A stretch of 64,000 bases of DNA from Antedon mediterranea. Lineage: Eukaryota > Animalia > Echinodermata. The DNA lies in the NCBI RefSeq assembly GCF_964355755.1, contig NC_092670.1, forward strand, positions 35,514,388 to 35,578,387, read 5' to 3'. Below, piece after piece: positions 33,987 to 47,123 of this stretch (position 1 is its first letter; every line of letters begins with the position of its first letter). Below the pieces are notes generated by a model. It saw only the letters and a program-made list of their open reading frames with translations. It ran no database searches and had not been told where the DNA came from. The position numbers and the translations under genes were made by a program.

Positions 33987-35837
33987 CTAGTCTGCGTTAA
34001 TGCCTTTAAACAAGGAATCTAATTGGATATCCTTGTTGGCAGGGCAGTTGTAGTAGCCGATCCCGTATGGTCGCATGTGATAAATCATGTATTCTAGTAA
34101 ATACATATTGTTGCGTGAAGCGTACATGTAAGAGATGGCGTAGTCGGAGCAACAATCGGGAAGCTGCAAAAACAAAAAAATACATCTTTGATCAATGTCA
34201 CTAAATATTACAAATTTTAATTCATAACAATTTAAACAAGATTTTAGGTAAATTTGTGAAGTGAAAAATAAGAAGTTAAATTAAGCACTTGGTATTTTGT
34301 TATAATTTTTTCCATAAATTATCTTTTCAGATATTCTTTCTGTTGAATGTTCAATTAGGAACTATGGACAGCTACTAGGATTACAATTCATATTAAGGAA
34401 AGGAAATGACTCGGTAAAAATAGTAAATTTTGTTCATGATGATATAATTCTTTTTTTTCCATATACATCCAGTAGTGAGTACAAACTCAACAATTACAGG
34501 CTGGATAAATTATTTTATTTAAAAATTTATCGTGCAATTCAGTCTTAGGGAGTGGAGTTGAAAGATTTGTGAGTTACAACCATAGCACTAGGTCAGGATT
34601 GGAAGGCAAGCACATTAACCACCAAGCTACAGCTCCACTACAAATCTACAGCTCCACTACAATTTACATTATTCAAATGTTTTACTTAATTTTTTCTCAG
34701 TATGTTTTTATCGTTTGTAATACTGTACTGATAATGAAGCTTACTTAGTAAAAATTAAAATTTTCGATTACTGTTCTATTTAGTACCTGTAGGATTGTTC
34801 AATAATTAACTGGCATAACTTACCTTTTGACCCGGTTGCTTAATAAACCTCCAATACCACACGACAAACTTAGCACTAGTCACTGGCACTTCATGGTTTG
34901 GAATCAGCAATTGAAAACGGTTTTCACCGGTGTAATCACGGCCATCTTCACGTGGATAAACTTTGACCTTGTTAAAGCAGTTCTGTAACTCCTCATCATC
35001 ATTTTGTCCATCTTTTTCAGCTTCACACAATTGAATAACCGGACTTAATTTAGTTAAACCTTCGCGACTTAACGCTATCGTAGAGGCTCTTCCTTGCTTA
35101 CCGGCAAACACCTGCCCTATGTAATCTTTAATACTAGTACTGTGCATGATTAGCATATATCGTAAATTCTCAAGAATTAAAAAAGTGTCGTACTCTACTT
35201 TAACAATCCAATCATAATTATCGAGGTTTTGTTTTAAACACCACTGTAGACTTGATTTTAATCGATTCCAAGAATGTTGTGCCCCGTTCGGCAAACTAAT
35301 TACTTCAACATCATTTCCTGTTTTCCCTCCCGATGTTAAAATAACAAACTTATCGCAATGCTTTCCCCACGTTTTTAACTGGTACTGTGCCGTTGGCAGT
35401 TGATTCTGTGGCGTTATTGTGAAACACAAAATCCGCACTTTGGAATTTAAAATCGTTGAGTTTAATCGAGGATCGAAATCGTTTCTTTTTAAATAGTTTA
35501 CAAAATGGCTATCCAATGCGGGATTTGATTTTGGCGCTCCTAGTTCACTGAGGAGTGTACCTTCCGGTTCATTCTGCTCACTAGCTTGAAAGAAGTAACT
35601 TTTCCCATCAATTGAATATTCAACTGGAAGACTTTCATGACTTCCGGAAGGATAACCTATATTATCAACCGTATCAGCCGTAACCTTTGAACTTAGGTGG
35701 GATGATGATGAGCCTATTGTCATAACTGGCATGTGATTCATCATGTTAACAATATCAACATACCTATTGTAAACAACGACGGAACAACAACCAACAAACA
35801 GACCAATGAACAACGAGAACAAACCCCGTTTCTGCAT
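33987..35837 (-). CDS. Core-1 beta-1,3-galactosyltransferase (C1GALT1/T-synthase, GT31)-like protein, 2 coding exons, 396 aa, with degenerate metal-binding motifs
   Basis: Exons 35837-34824 (AAG|GTAAGT) and 34163-33987 (TTTTTGCAG|). Motifs: N-terminal signal anchor, VRILCFTIT, TWGKHCDK, YDWIVKVEYDTFLILENLRYML, D..GENRF, CCSDYAISY..., LEYMIYHMRPYG. Confidence 0.88.
34545..34640 (-). mobile_element. tRNA-derived SINE family 2 head, in the C1GALT-like intron
   Basis: Reverse complement GGAGCTGTAGCTTGGTGGTTAATGTGCTTGCCTTCCAA. Confidence 0.55.
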
Positions 35838-37768
35838 TTTTGCTGGATAAGATGATTGAATGGTGAATTACCTTAAATAATGCTTGCCCGAAAAGTATCG
35901 TCACATTATTATAGATTGATGAGCGCCACCAACTGTACACATACAGTAACCTGTAATATAATTTAAATCTTTTTATTATTCTTAATTGTTAATTGAAATA
36001 AATATTCCCCTACTCCAACTCTAGTATTAGCCCTATACATAGTTAAAACACCGATACTGGTTGGAGTGAGTGTAATTAATGGATAGGCCTACTGTATGAT
36101 TCCTGGGCAACCATTTTCAAGGCCTACTATGGCTAGAGCCATGGGTAAGATTAGCATACAGTTGGGTAAGATTAGCATACAGTTGGATAAGAATTCTATA
36201 AAAAGTGCAACTAAATTTTAATTAGGCCTAGACCCATAACTAAATATAAAACATTTTGTTTTGTTGAAAAAAAAAAAATAATAGCCTAGGCCTAATTAAA
36301 AATAAGTTCAATAACTTAAATAATTAAGCATAAACAGCCGCCTACTATATAGTAGGTCAAATCTAGCAGTAGGTAAGCACTAGCTAGTGGTAAATTATAT
36401 TAGTTAGAAAATCCTATCTCCTGCTTACGAGGTGCGCCTGCATATTCTCCTCCTCCCAGTCCTACAACTCATCATAAAAGTAGCTAGCCTAGGCCTAGAG
36501 GGCCTAGGCCTAGCCTAGCCTAGAAGTAGCAAGAGGGCTAAGAGTTTTGTCCCTTCTTTTTTATCATTCTTCTTAATATACTATATTTGGCGGCCATAAT
36601 TGGCATTGACCAGGCCTTTTTTTTCTGTCATAAAACATTGTATTTAATAAAATACTCACAAATATTAAGACACCAACTTTTTTTCCTTCTTCTCTTCGTT
36701 TTATAAGAAACCAAATCAATATTGCGCCCTCTATATCCAACACAGTTTTTTCTACTTGTTTTAGGGCCGGCGTCTGTTTTGTTTTTATATTCAATATAAT
36801 ATTGTAAGGGATTTCACGTTCAATAATATATTGATTACTAACGGATTACTATTGCCTTATATGGGATGTTCAACCAATACGAATAACCTGAATGTTATTA
36901 ATTATTATAAATATTAGGATCATTTAGTAGTGGCGGTATGCCTACATGGTGGCTGTAGGCCTAATGATAATTGTTTATATTTGAAAAATATCAAATAACA
37001 ACGTTTAAAACGACGACTGTATTTTCAATTATATTATGCTGCTGTTCCACTAGATTGTTATTAAACGACCCCATCACAAGAAAAAGGTCCACAGTTTATT
37101 GCTTTTCTTGACACCATCCCAGGCCCTTTAAACGCAATATTTATCTTAAGTTCGAGAGAGATCTTTAGAGCACTCGACCACATGGAGAAATAAGTTGATG
37201 GCAATAATCGTGACTCAAAAGCTTGGTAGGATGTATAATGATCTTACGTTATTATATTAATTTTTAGAAAGGTAGCCTTAATTTATTAATATAATTATTA
37301 AATGTTAATGCTTAGAGGGACTGAACTTGATTAGTTTTAACTGTTTAGCCCTTCCCTTGATTTTTATGTTACAATGTTAATTTCCTTAATATTTATGGGT
37401 AAATAAAAGAAAGAAAGTAACGTTGCGCTTACGTCCTTTGATCCTATTGGAAACCAACATTGCATGGTAAAAAAAAAGCTGCACATTGTATTGTATTTGT
37501 ATTGGACCTACAGTAGGCCTTTTAAGTATTTTGACGATCTATTGTATTTTAGGCTACAGACAGACTCAGCGGATTTGTGGCAAAATCAGTCGCTTTTGAA
37601 AATTATCGATTCAATAGATCCAAACAAAAGAATCTATCACAGATGGTACGTTCTCATGTCACTTTAAACGGAAATATCATAACGATTTAGTGAATCACTA
37701 TAAAACAACAATACACGCTATGAGAAGGGTGTAGAAGTGCCCAAAACTTGCTTCTTAGATTTTCTGAG

Positions 37769-40700
37769 ATGATGACGTCACGTTTTGCGAGCGTCCGATG
37801 GAAGGCATGGTTAGTTATTTTAGGCGGAGTATTGATACATATAACGTTAGGCAGTCGTTACACATTTGGTAAGTCTAAAATAAATCAATATTTTGTCGTC
37901 CATTACTAATTAGACAATTATAGATGAATAGGATAATAAACAATGTATAGTCATAAAATTAAAGAGCTAAACGCTTAAATACATTTGTAAAATTCATTAA
38001 TAAACACCATAATGTAATTCAGATGAAATAAACAAAAAATGTTTTAAAAAAGGATAGTATAGAATAATGCTTATTCTACCCAATTCCACCACAACTATCA
38101 ACCAGGAATTAAGCTGTGTTGACGTGAATTGACCATATTGCTGTTGATCTACCATTAGGCACTTGATCTATAATTACATTTACCCCATAAAAACTTTTTT
38201 TCTCGATATTTTTCAAAAACAGAGACCTCCTTTATTATTAGCGAAATATTATGTAAGGGGTTTTTTTTGGGGGGGGGGGAGGAGGGGGCTCTGTTTTTTA
38301 GATTTCAAGAAAATAGAGACCCCTATATAAGGTAATTATTCGTTTTTGTTGGGGTCTCTGTTTTCGATATTCCAAAAAATAGACACCTCCTATGATATAA
38401 CGTAATGTTGAGGATAGTTTTAGAGGAGGTCAGAGACCAGAAAGAGGAAGCCAGTGACAAAACAGAGATCGTGGGTACCTGTTCTCTGGCCTCTGTTTTC
38501 AATCGAGGTCTGCAAGTATAACTTTTAGGCCTAAATGGCTTCTATTGGATTGTTTAACTAGTACAATAAGTATAGAATCACTATCATCTATAGCTATATG
38601 CTCTATTTGTTAACATAAGAATTTCTATGCAATTATAACCCCGTGACCATAGTATAAATGGGGATGATGAAAATCAAAAAGCCAACTGAATTGCATATAA
38701 TTGGTTATAAAGCAAGTAAATGTCATAAGTTTATCAGGCAATTATCTGACATCGCATATAGGCTATGTTGAAAATCAGAATGCAGTCAGGGACCATGGTT
38801 AGGACCATGGAGTAAAGAATGAGAGGAACATGACTAGATTAGTAAATTTATATGTTTACCGCTTCTTTAAGGCTATGTCGTTACGTACAGCAATAAAGCT
38901 TGGTTCCCACTAGAACGCAACGCAGGGACGTAAACGCAACGCAAGCGTTTTGACCAATGACATGCGACAGTTCGAATAATCCATCGCTTGTGATTGGTCA
39001 ACTCACTTAAGCGTAGTTCCCACTAGCGACGCAACTCAAGGACGTAACGCAACGCAAGTGAATTGACCAATCACAAGCGAATAAGCCATCGCTTGTGATT
39101 GCTAACTGTCTATAACTTCACTTGTCATTGGTTAAAAAGCTTGCGTTGCGTTTACGTCCTTGCGTTACGTTATAGTGGGAACCAAGCTTCACGTTGCGTC
39201 TACGTCATTGCGTTGCGTCTCTAGTGGGAACCAAGTTTTAGCAAATTACAATGTTTACTCCATGGTTATATTTATAGGACAGAGGAATAATCCTGAGAAC
39301 AAAATGCATTACTGAGGCCTAGAACGAACATTAAAAACAAATTCAACGTGTAGTTACTGTAATAAATATCGAATATACAATAATTTGATATACTTTGTGT
39401 CTGAGTATTATACTTATAAATACCATTTTGGGCGACGTATTGACTATGGATCTTATATCTCCCGCTTTATAAGATAAATATTAATCTTATTTCTGTCATC
39501 CCGGATGATTTTAAAATTGTTTATATTGTATTTTTTCAATTATGCCTTCATATTATATTGTCTGTTATGCGGATATTTGCCCTTGATAGCATCGTTAGCT
39601 AATACAATTGAATTTAATTGAAACATTTGAATTGAATTTAATAATAAAATGTATCTAATCAATCATTCAATTTATTGTTATATACCACCAATAGCCTAGG
39701 TGGAGTATTACAATTGCATATGTATATAGACCTTTCAGGAGTCTCACATCCGAAATTGTTTTATCTTTGTTATGCTTCTAAATTAAGATTTCCTCTTTTC
39801 AGGTAACCTTACGTCATACATCACTTCCTATCTTCGAGAACGAACACCATCAGAGGGAATAAGATACAAGGTAGGCCTACGTTGTTTTGTTTAAAGGAGA
39901 ACGGTCTATAAAATTTAGGCCTACGCGGACAATATGCCTTTAATTTAACCTACTATTAGCCCAATTTACACAGAGAGTGGTAACGGCAAGCGGAAAACCG
40001 CGTAGCTTGTCCCACGTAGAATCCGTACCTTTTCTGAGCGGAACTTTGAGCGTTGTGTGTAAATGGTCATAAGTAATAATATAGATTCTATATTTATAGC
40101 ACTGTTACTGCTCGTCTGTGTAAATTGGCTTCTATGCCTGCATAACAGTCATCGTTATGATCATTATGTGATGAACATGAATTTCTATCTTGTAGGATAC
40201 CACTTCTATCTTTTTGTTGTTAATAACATGTTATGGAGCAACTGTTCCGTTAGGGGGAGTCCTAGACGAGCGTGTAGGTCCACGACTGGTGTCTATCACA
40301 GGATGTTGGTTGGCCAGGTACCGTCTTTTTTTAAATGTAATGTTTGCATGTTATTAGTTTCATGCTTTAAAAATACTCTATGCTTTAACAATACCCGTAT
40401 ATGTATTTGAATTCAGAGATTTAAAAGAAAAAGTAATACCGTTTTGATTACATTTTTCATTGTAATTACAAAATATCTACCTAACCTGCCTACCCATATT
40501 TAGTATTTGGGGGAGGGGATCGGGGATGGCGGGTGACTGTTTATTCTTTATTCTTTAAACTAATGTTCTCCCACAGTGCCCGTATAACATATAACAAAAG
40601 CAGTAACAAGAAAAAGTCGAACAAGTACAATATAAAAGTAAAACTACTAAAGGTAGTAACGCTTCATAGTAATACACTGTTAAACTATAGTATACACTCT

Positions 40701-43700
40701 TAAGCCTATGATTCACTGTTAAGCCTAGTAGTCCTATACACTGGTAAACGTTGCACTCCAGCAAACTCCAAGTTTTTCAAGAATACGCGGTTGCGGCTCT
40801 ACATCAATGTTTTTGTTAAACTTTTAGACTGAATCTTTCTCCACAGCTTGGGTGTATTTTTGACTTACTTTAGTATACAGGACTCATTTTATTCAGTACT
40901 TCTAACGTATGGATTAATCTTTGGTATTGGTTCTGGTATAGCATACATACCGGCGTTGGTGTGTGCTATGAAGGTAAGCAATACGTTTGTGTAGGTAATC
41001 AAGTGATGACTTTTTATGAAAACTATCCATAAACAATAAAAAAAAAAGGTGGGGAGGTGGGGGGATGAATAGGTGAATTAATGTAAATACCCAGAAAGAT
41101 GACAAAATCATTGTGTTGGATATTTCTTAGATTGAAAATAAATTAAAGGAAAGAAAAAACACATTTTATTAGGCGCTAAGAAACTTTCCGTAATCGCAAA
41201 ATCAAAGAATTTTTTCTAATCTTTCGCAAAATGCAAAGAGCGACAGATAATAATATTCGGCCCATTTGGATAATACAGATGACGCAAGATTTTAATAAGC
41301 TTTTGTGATGTCACCAAATAGTATAGATCTTCATGAAAATCAATAAGTACGGTTGCATATGGTACATACAGTGTCAGTATATAAATTCAAGAGAAATACA
41401 CATTCAGGACGATAACTTTAATTGTGAAAGTTACTGTAAAGCAAGTAATTTCGTTGGTAAATTATTACGCCAATTAATCAAGAAAAAACAAGAAAATCGG
41501 TCTATAGCTTCATTTAAAAAAAAGTAAGCTTAAACCCACTAGTTCGTTCTGTTAACAATTTAACTTTTTTTAAAAGGGGATGAGCTTTTGTTTTTTTAGT
41601 GCTAAGTCTATATCTGTAATGTAAACTTTTGTCAGATTGTTAAGTAACTTTTGTTTATTATGTATGTTTATGTATATGTTCTATGGATATGAAGACCAAA
41701 ATATAGAAGAAAAATTCACCCGACTGTTGTATCTTCACATAACTATCTATTTCCGAGGTATCGTATTTGGTAATACAGCATCTCATTCATATCACGTGTG
41801 GTGCCTTTATCATGAAAGGTTATGTATACATGTGATGTTGTATTATCAAATATTCCCATGATAGGTACCTCGAAAATATATGCAGTACCCAGAATCGGCT
41901 GAAAAATAAAAGAATGGCATTATGTCAATAGAATGAGTACCGTATAATTATAGGCTTCGCAATTTAAACGAATAACGGTATTACAGCGTTTCTAACCACG
42001 ATTTTACTCAATTGTATTCAGTGGATGCCGGAGAAAAAAGGACTTGTAAACGGGTTGATAACTGGAGGTCATGGGATTGCAGCAGTTATCTGGAACCCAA
42101 TAGAAACAGAGTACATCAACCCAGATAATCTATCTCCTAATTCATCACTGAAAGAAGAACCTACAGAGAAGTACGTAATATTCTTCTTTTTTTAATTTAA
42201 CGATGTATTGTCCAACTGAATTTGTTTAAATGTTTTGTTGAATATGCCATTTTTATGTCACATAGTAGATTTAAAAAAATTATTAACCTGAAAAAACTGT
42301 AATTATATCGACAAATTGACTGGAAGGTTTAATTTAACTGTATATTTTGTCTTTTTACAAGAAACTTCTTTTTCTACGGAATTAGTGATTATTAAAACTG
42401 CGAAATGGCCTATTCAAAGTCTTTCCTAAAGATATATTGTCCCCCTAAACGGATATTTTTTTAAACATTTTTTGTTGAATTTTAATAATATAATAGTAAA
42501 AATACCTAAATAGTCAGACAATGTTTGGTTAAAATTAACCGAAGTGAAATCATTATATGTGTTGGTTTTTTTAGTCGCGTGGAAGCGACTCTATAGTTCA
42601 CTATGTCGGTCGGTTGGTCGGTCTGTCTGTCTGTCTGTCTGTCGGTCCGGTATCACTATGCGTTTTCAGTTTAATCTAGCTAGGTCAATTTTTCACAGTA
42701 TATTCCTTATGGCCAGGAATCAATGTGGTTATGTTTTCACGGTGCGCAATAAAAAATTACGCGGTCTACGCACGATTTAACGAAATCACGTTTGTAATCA
42801 TATCTTCACAACCATGAATCACAATTAAATAAAATTTGGTACTCATAAATTTCAGGGCATAAATCATCATATGGCAATACAATTACGTGCGTAGCGCATG
42901 TAACGCATGCGTACGCGCGCTTAAAATTTTCAAAATTTATTTTCGATGAAATAAGAGTACATTTCAGGCAATTTTAAGCGTTTACAAAATTGCCATGAGT
43001 GCGCATATTTTTGCGTTAAATGTTATTGCGCACTCTTTTTGCCCGATTTCTGTTTTCTTGACTTACTTTTCAACTCGAAATTACGTTATACGAGCACGTC
43101 GAAAGTGACAGGCTACGCACGTGTAAATTAAAAAAATATAAATGTTTTTAAACATTCAACATTTTTAAACATGTTCAGTAATTTCGGTCAGTATAGTTCA
43201 CTATGTCGGTCGGTCAGTCTGTCTGTCGGTCTGTCGGTCTGTCTGCCGGTCTGTCTGTCGGTCTGTCTGTCGGTCCGGTATCACTATGCATTGTAGCACG
43301 CGACTTAATGGCTGTTGGCCTTGTTTATCAAGTAATTAACTTTTAAAACTACAAAATAACCTGTCTAAAGTCTGATTTGATTAATCTTCATTTTCATATT
43401 TTGATTCTTCATTTTCGACACATCTGTAAATCCACGTGTTGCTGGTCATTGTTTTGTTTAGTTAGTTTTAACGAAATTGGAAATAAAACGAGTATTAATT
43501 TCTATCTTCAGATATTTTGCGGAAGCTGCCGTTTTGGACAGAGTGCCGTCTTGCTTTCTTATCCTAGGAATTACATTCGCATGCATTCAGTTTTTCGGTG
43601 TGCTGTTATTATTTGATCCGGTTAGTACCTACTATAATGGTGTGATCAACTTAAATGATGATCTTATTGCAATAAACTTGAATGATCAGGTGTAGCTAAC

Positions 43701-46700
43701 TATGTAGCACCACACTAAACAATGTAGGCCTAAGAAGAAATTATAGCTTTAGACTCAACTTATTGCAATGCCTTCCATACGATTTGATCCGGTTAATACG
43801 TATTATTGATCAACAGGTCTTATTCTAAAATTGAAAAAAAAATACAGCACAATAAACTATGTAAAGATAAATGTTAGCTTTAGACTCAATTATTGCAATG
43901 CCTTCGATGATAGTGCTTGTAATGTCTATTTGACCACTATACTGGCTTTAAGGACAAATATCCATTTTTGGGTTCTAGAAAGCCTGACTTAATGGACTGT
44001 CCTTCTTACCAAGACAATTAATCTATTATAGGCATATCCACCAACCAAATAATAATCCTTTCACACCAAAACGCAGTTCGCCCCCCCCCCCCCGAAGAAC
44101 GTTCAACTGTTCAACCCCGGTGTTTTGAACTCCGGAGTTGTTTGATTCTATACCTTTCACACCAAAACACACGAAGCGTCAACTCCGGACTCTCTGTAAA
44201 AGGGGTAAGTTACAATCGGTTTTGAGCGTGACTCCATTTCTCCTTTTTAGCCCATAGATGAGCCAAAATCTAAGGAACCTAGCCAGGAAGACGAGAAACA
44301 CCTGACCGATGCCGATGGTGGAGAACCTCTGCAAATTGGTGGAGAGTATAACACGTTTGCAGTCCAAGAAGGAGATTCAGACAAAGAGATGGACACCGAA
44401 GAAGAACGTGACTTAGTGGATGAGAAATGGACGGGTCTTGATATACCGCCATTTGAAGTTTATACAGAAACATCATTTTGGATTCTTTGGTCGACGCATC
44501 TGATAACTGTGTTAGGAATAGTTTTTATAATGGCTTTATATAAGGTTTGTTATAGAATACATACACAATAAACATTGACCTAAAACTTTTTCCAACATAA
44601 TTGAAGCTTAAATTGATAGATTGATAGAAACGGACTAAGGGCCCATTTACACTAGACGATAAAAATAAATAAATAAAAATTCATTTTTCATACATAAAAC
44701 AAAAGAAATCTAACAAGTTTTCATCCTATAACTATAGGATAACCACCTACTCTATGCTTTCCATTGATGAAAATGATATTTTCACACACGTCCAATAAAA
44801 TTACATCTTGATTGATAAGAGCAATATTATCGTGACAATAAAACGATTTTATTGTTTATTTTAATAATGACGTCATTTGATTGGGTTTTAAGAAATAATT
44901 GACCAAATGAGTGGCAAAACTATCCAGGTTCACTTACAAACTGCCCAAACCGACACAGTTGTTAATTACCCACCTATAATTTTATTTACTGTTTAATTAC
45001 ATGTTTGTTTTCTATTTTAGGCATATGGACAGACGATGATTAATGATGATTATTTTCTATCACTAACTGGGTCCATAAGCGCTGTCTTTAATGGCGGTGG
45101 ACGAATATTTTGGGGCTGTATGGCTGACAAATTCTCATATAAGGTATGTTTACTCTAAAAATATATTGGACTAATCGACTAAAAATACAGTGGCCGTATT
45201 CACCCATCAATTTTTCCTTTAAATATTAAGTATTTCACTTAACTCAATAAAATTAGTATTTTTAAGTATTTCCCTTAAATTGTATTCAATTGGATAGGCG
45301 ATTTTTCTTTTATTTTAAGGGTAAGTATTTCCCTTAGCCTGAGTGATTTGGTGAATACGGCCACAGGTCTTTAGGTTGGTGGACCTTCTTGGTTCCTACT
45401 AGTACTAGTTCAACGCCTGGCAGGCAAACATTGCAGACATGATTTTCAGATTTAGATCACAGAAAGGGCCGGCCTACTTTACTTAATTAAGAGACCATTT
45501 GTATGACTGCATAGACCTCTTTATCTAAACAAACAAACAACAAAGTCTCTGTTGAGTTTGTAACAATGTATAAATGTTGCATGCAGGGCCTCAATGAAAA
45601 CCAGTTTAAACTGTTTGGGCTACTCTGGTTAAAGAAATGTAATAAATAATAACAACATAATCATAATTGATTAATTACTTCTTTCAATTTCCACAGGGTT
45701 CCACGTTAGCCATGTGTGGCTCTATGATTGTGTTTCTTCTGACACTCGACGTAGTGTCGAGAAGTGGGGGTCAGTATGCCTATCTTGTGTGGATATGTTT
45801 GATAAACATCAGCATGTCCGGGACCTTTTCATTAATACCTACAGCCACTGCAAGGTAAGTAGGAATAAATTAAAATTACGAGCGGTAACGGTAAGCGAAA
45901 ACCGCGTTGTCCCACGTAGAATATGTATCTATATATCCTCAGCGGATTTTCGCTCAACCGCCCATCCTCTCCGCGTTGTGTAAATGGTCATAAGAATAAC
46001 ATAGAATTTTCGCTTACCGCTACCGCTCGTCTGTGTAAATGGACATTTATGATAAAATGGAAAAAATGATGGTTAGGTATCCAGCGGCATCATTGGTTTG
46101 AGCTGCTGGTCAATCAGAACAACAGCCACGTCGTGTGATAAGGGGAAAATTACATTGACAAAAGACAGATATTTTAAAGGACATTTTAAAAAAGAAGCTC
46201 TTTGTACAATTTTCGTATTTTGGAATTTATAGCGCCCTCAAAACAAAAATCGCGTATTTGGATTAGTTTACCGCCCACAAGTTGACATATTGTGGAAACA
46301 ATTATGCGTATTTTTTACTGATGTTCATCAACCCAAATAAAATATATAGTTATGTTATGCTATTTTTTGTTCTATGTGTTTCTACAGAGCATTTGGGGCA
46401 AAACATGTTGGTGCAAACTACGGGCTTGTATACTCATCTCAAATTATCACGGGACCATTGGGGGCGCTTTTAGCAACAACGCTTACAGACCGAATTGGTT
46501 GGTTCGGCATGTTTATTCTATTAGCTACTTTTTATTTGGGTGGTAAGTATTTTATTATATTTACTTTTTAAAATAGCTTTGGTAGTGTTAGGCAAAAAAA
46601 ACATATTTAAACAAAAGCAAAAATTACAATTAAAATTAGAAAATAATAAAGCACCCATAACCCACTACCCCCGCCAGCAAACAATTTTCTTAAATCTGTT

Positions 46701-47007
46701 TAATATGAACTTAAGGCTTTTAAAATAAGGTAGGCCTACATTATTTTTTATTCTGTATAATTATAATATTTTGTTTAAAAGATAAAAGAATTTTCAATAT
46801 TTTCGATCTTTGTCCCCCAAACTAACAATTTTATTGTTTGGATTAATTAAATTTCCTGTCATTTCAAATTTAAGGTTTTTAACAAAAATCCATAAAGGAT
46901 GGCACATGTTACAATACACAAACATATTAAGTAAATGCCTCTTTTTTTCAGCTTTTATTATAACATTATTGTTTAATGTGAAGACGAGGAAAGGTGAAAA
47001 CATCTAA
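37769..47007 (+). CDS. Major facilitator superfamily transporter, oxalate:formate antiporter / monocarboxylate-transporter-like, 11 exons, 486 aa
   Basis: Exons 37769-37868, 39803-39870, 40196-40317, 40847-40973, 42022-42170, 43512-43620, 44251-44544, 45021-45143, 45697-45854, 46388-46542 and 46952-47007 (1461 nt, phases consistent). Motifs: LGGVLIHITLGSRYTFGNL, GGVLDERVGPR (MFS motif A), YGLIFGIGSGIAY, WMPEKKGLVNG, NGGGRIFWGCMADK, FGAKHVGANYG. Confidence 0.9.
38804..39266. mobile_element. Three-level nest: an ACCATGGAGTAAA-TIR MITE contains a family D MITE (38897-39237), which contains a second family D copy (39010-39188)
   Basis: Perfect 13-bp outer TIR at 38804-38816 and 39254-39266. Two nested pairs of TTCCCACTA/TAGTGGGAA TIRs. 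The inner copy is flanked by TTA and TCA. Confidence 0.75.
39958..40130. mobile_element. MITE family C
   Basis: CCAATTTACACAGA...TCTGTGTAAATTGG TIRs. Confidence 0.65.
42570..43325 (+). mobile_element. Helentron/DINE-1-like non-autonomous element, inserted into a family B MITE
   Basis: 5' end TTTTTAGTCGCGTG, (GTCG/GTCT)n microsatellites, 3' subterminal inverted repeat CACGCGAC, and GGCCTTGTT end. No TSD. A near-identical second copy lies at 57343-57945. Confidence 0.75.
45191..45363. mobile_element. MITE with 14-bp TIR TGGCCGTATTCACC and 3-bp CAG TSD (Harbinger superfamily-like)
   Basis: CAG|TGGCCGTATTCACC...GGTGAATACGGCCA|CAG. A fragment also lies at about 20428-20511. Confidence 0.75.
45876..46047. 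mobile_element. MITE family C
   Basis: ACGAGCGGTAACGGTAAGCGAAAA ... TTTTCGCTTACCGCTACCGCTCGT arms. Confidence 0.65.
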
Positions 47008-47123
47008 AGCTCTGAATACACTCAAACTTTATGTGATGTGCCCATATATGGACACGATGACGTCAGATCACTACCATATTTGGGCACATCACACTTTTTT
47101 TGTCAAACTAGTTTGACAGAGCT
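47008..47123. mobile_element. MITE family A copy abutting the MFS stop codon
   Basis: TAA(stop)|AGCTCTG...CAGAGCT|TTA. Confidence 0.7.
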
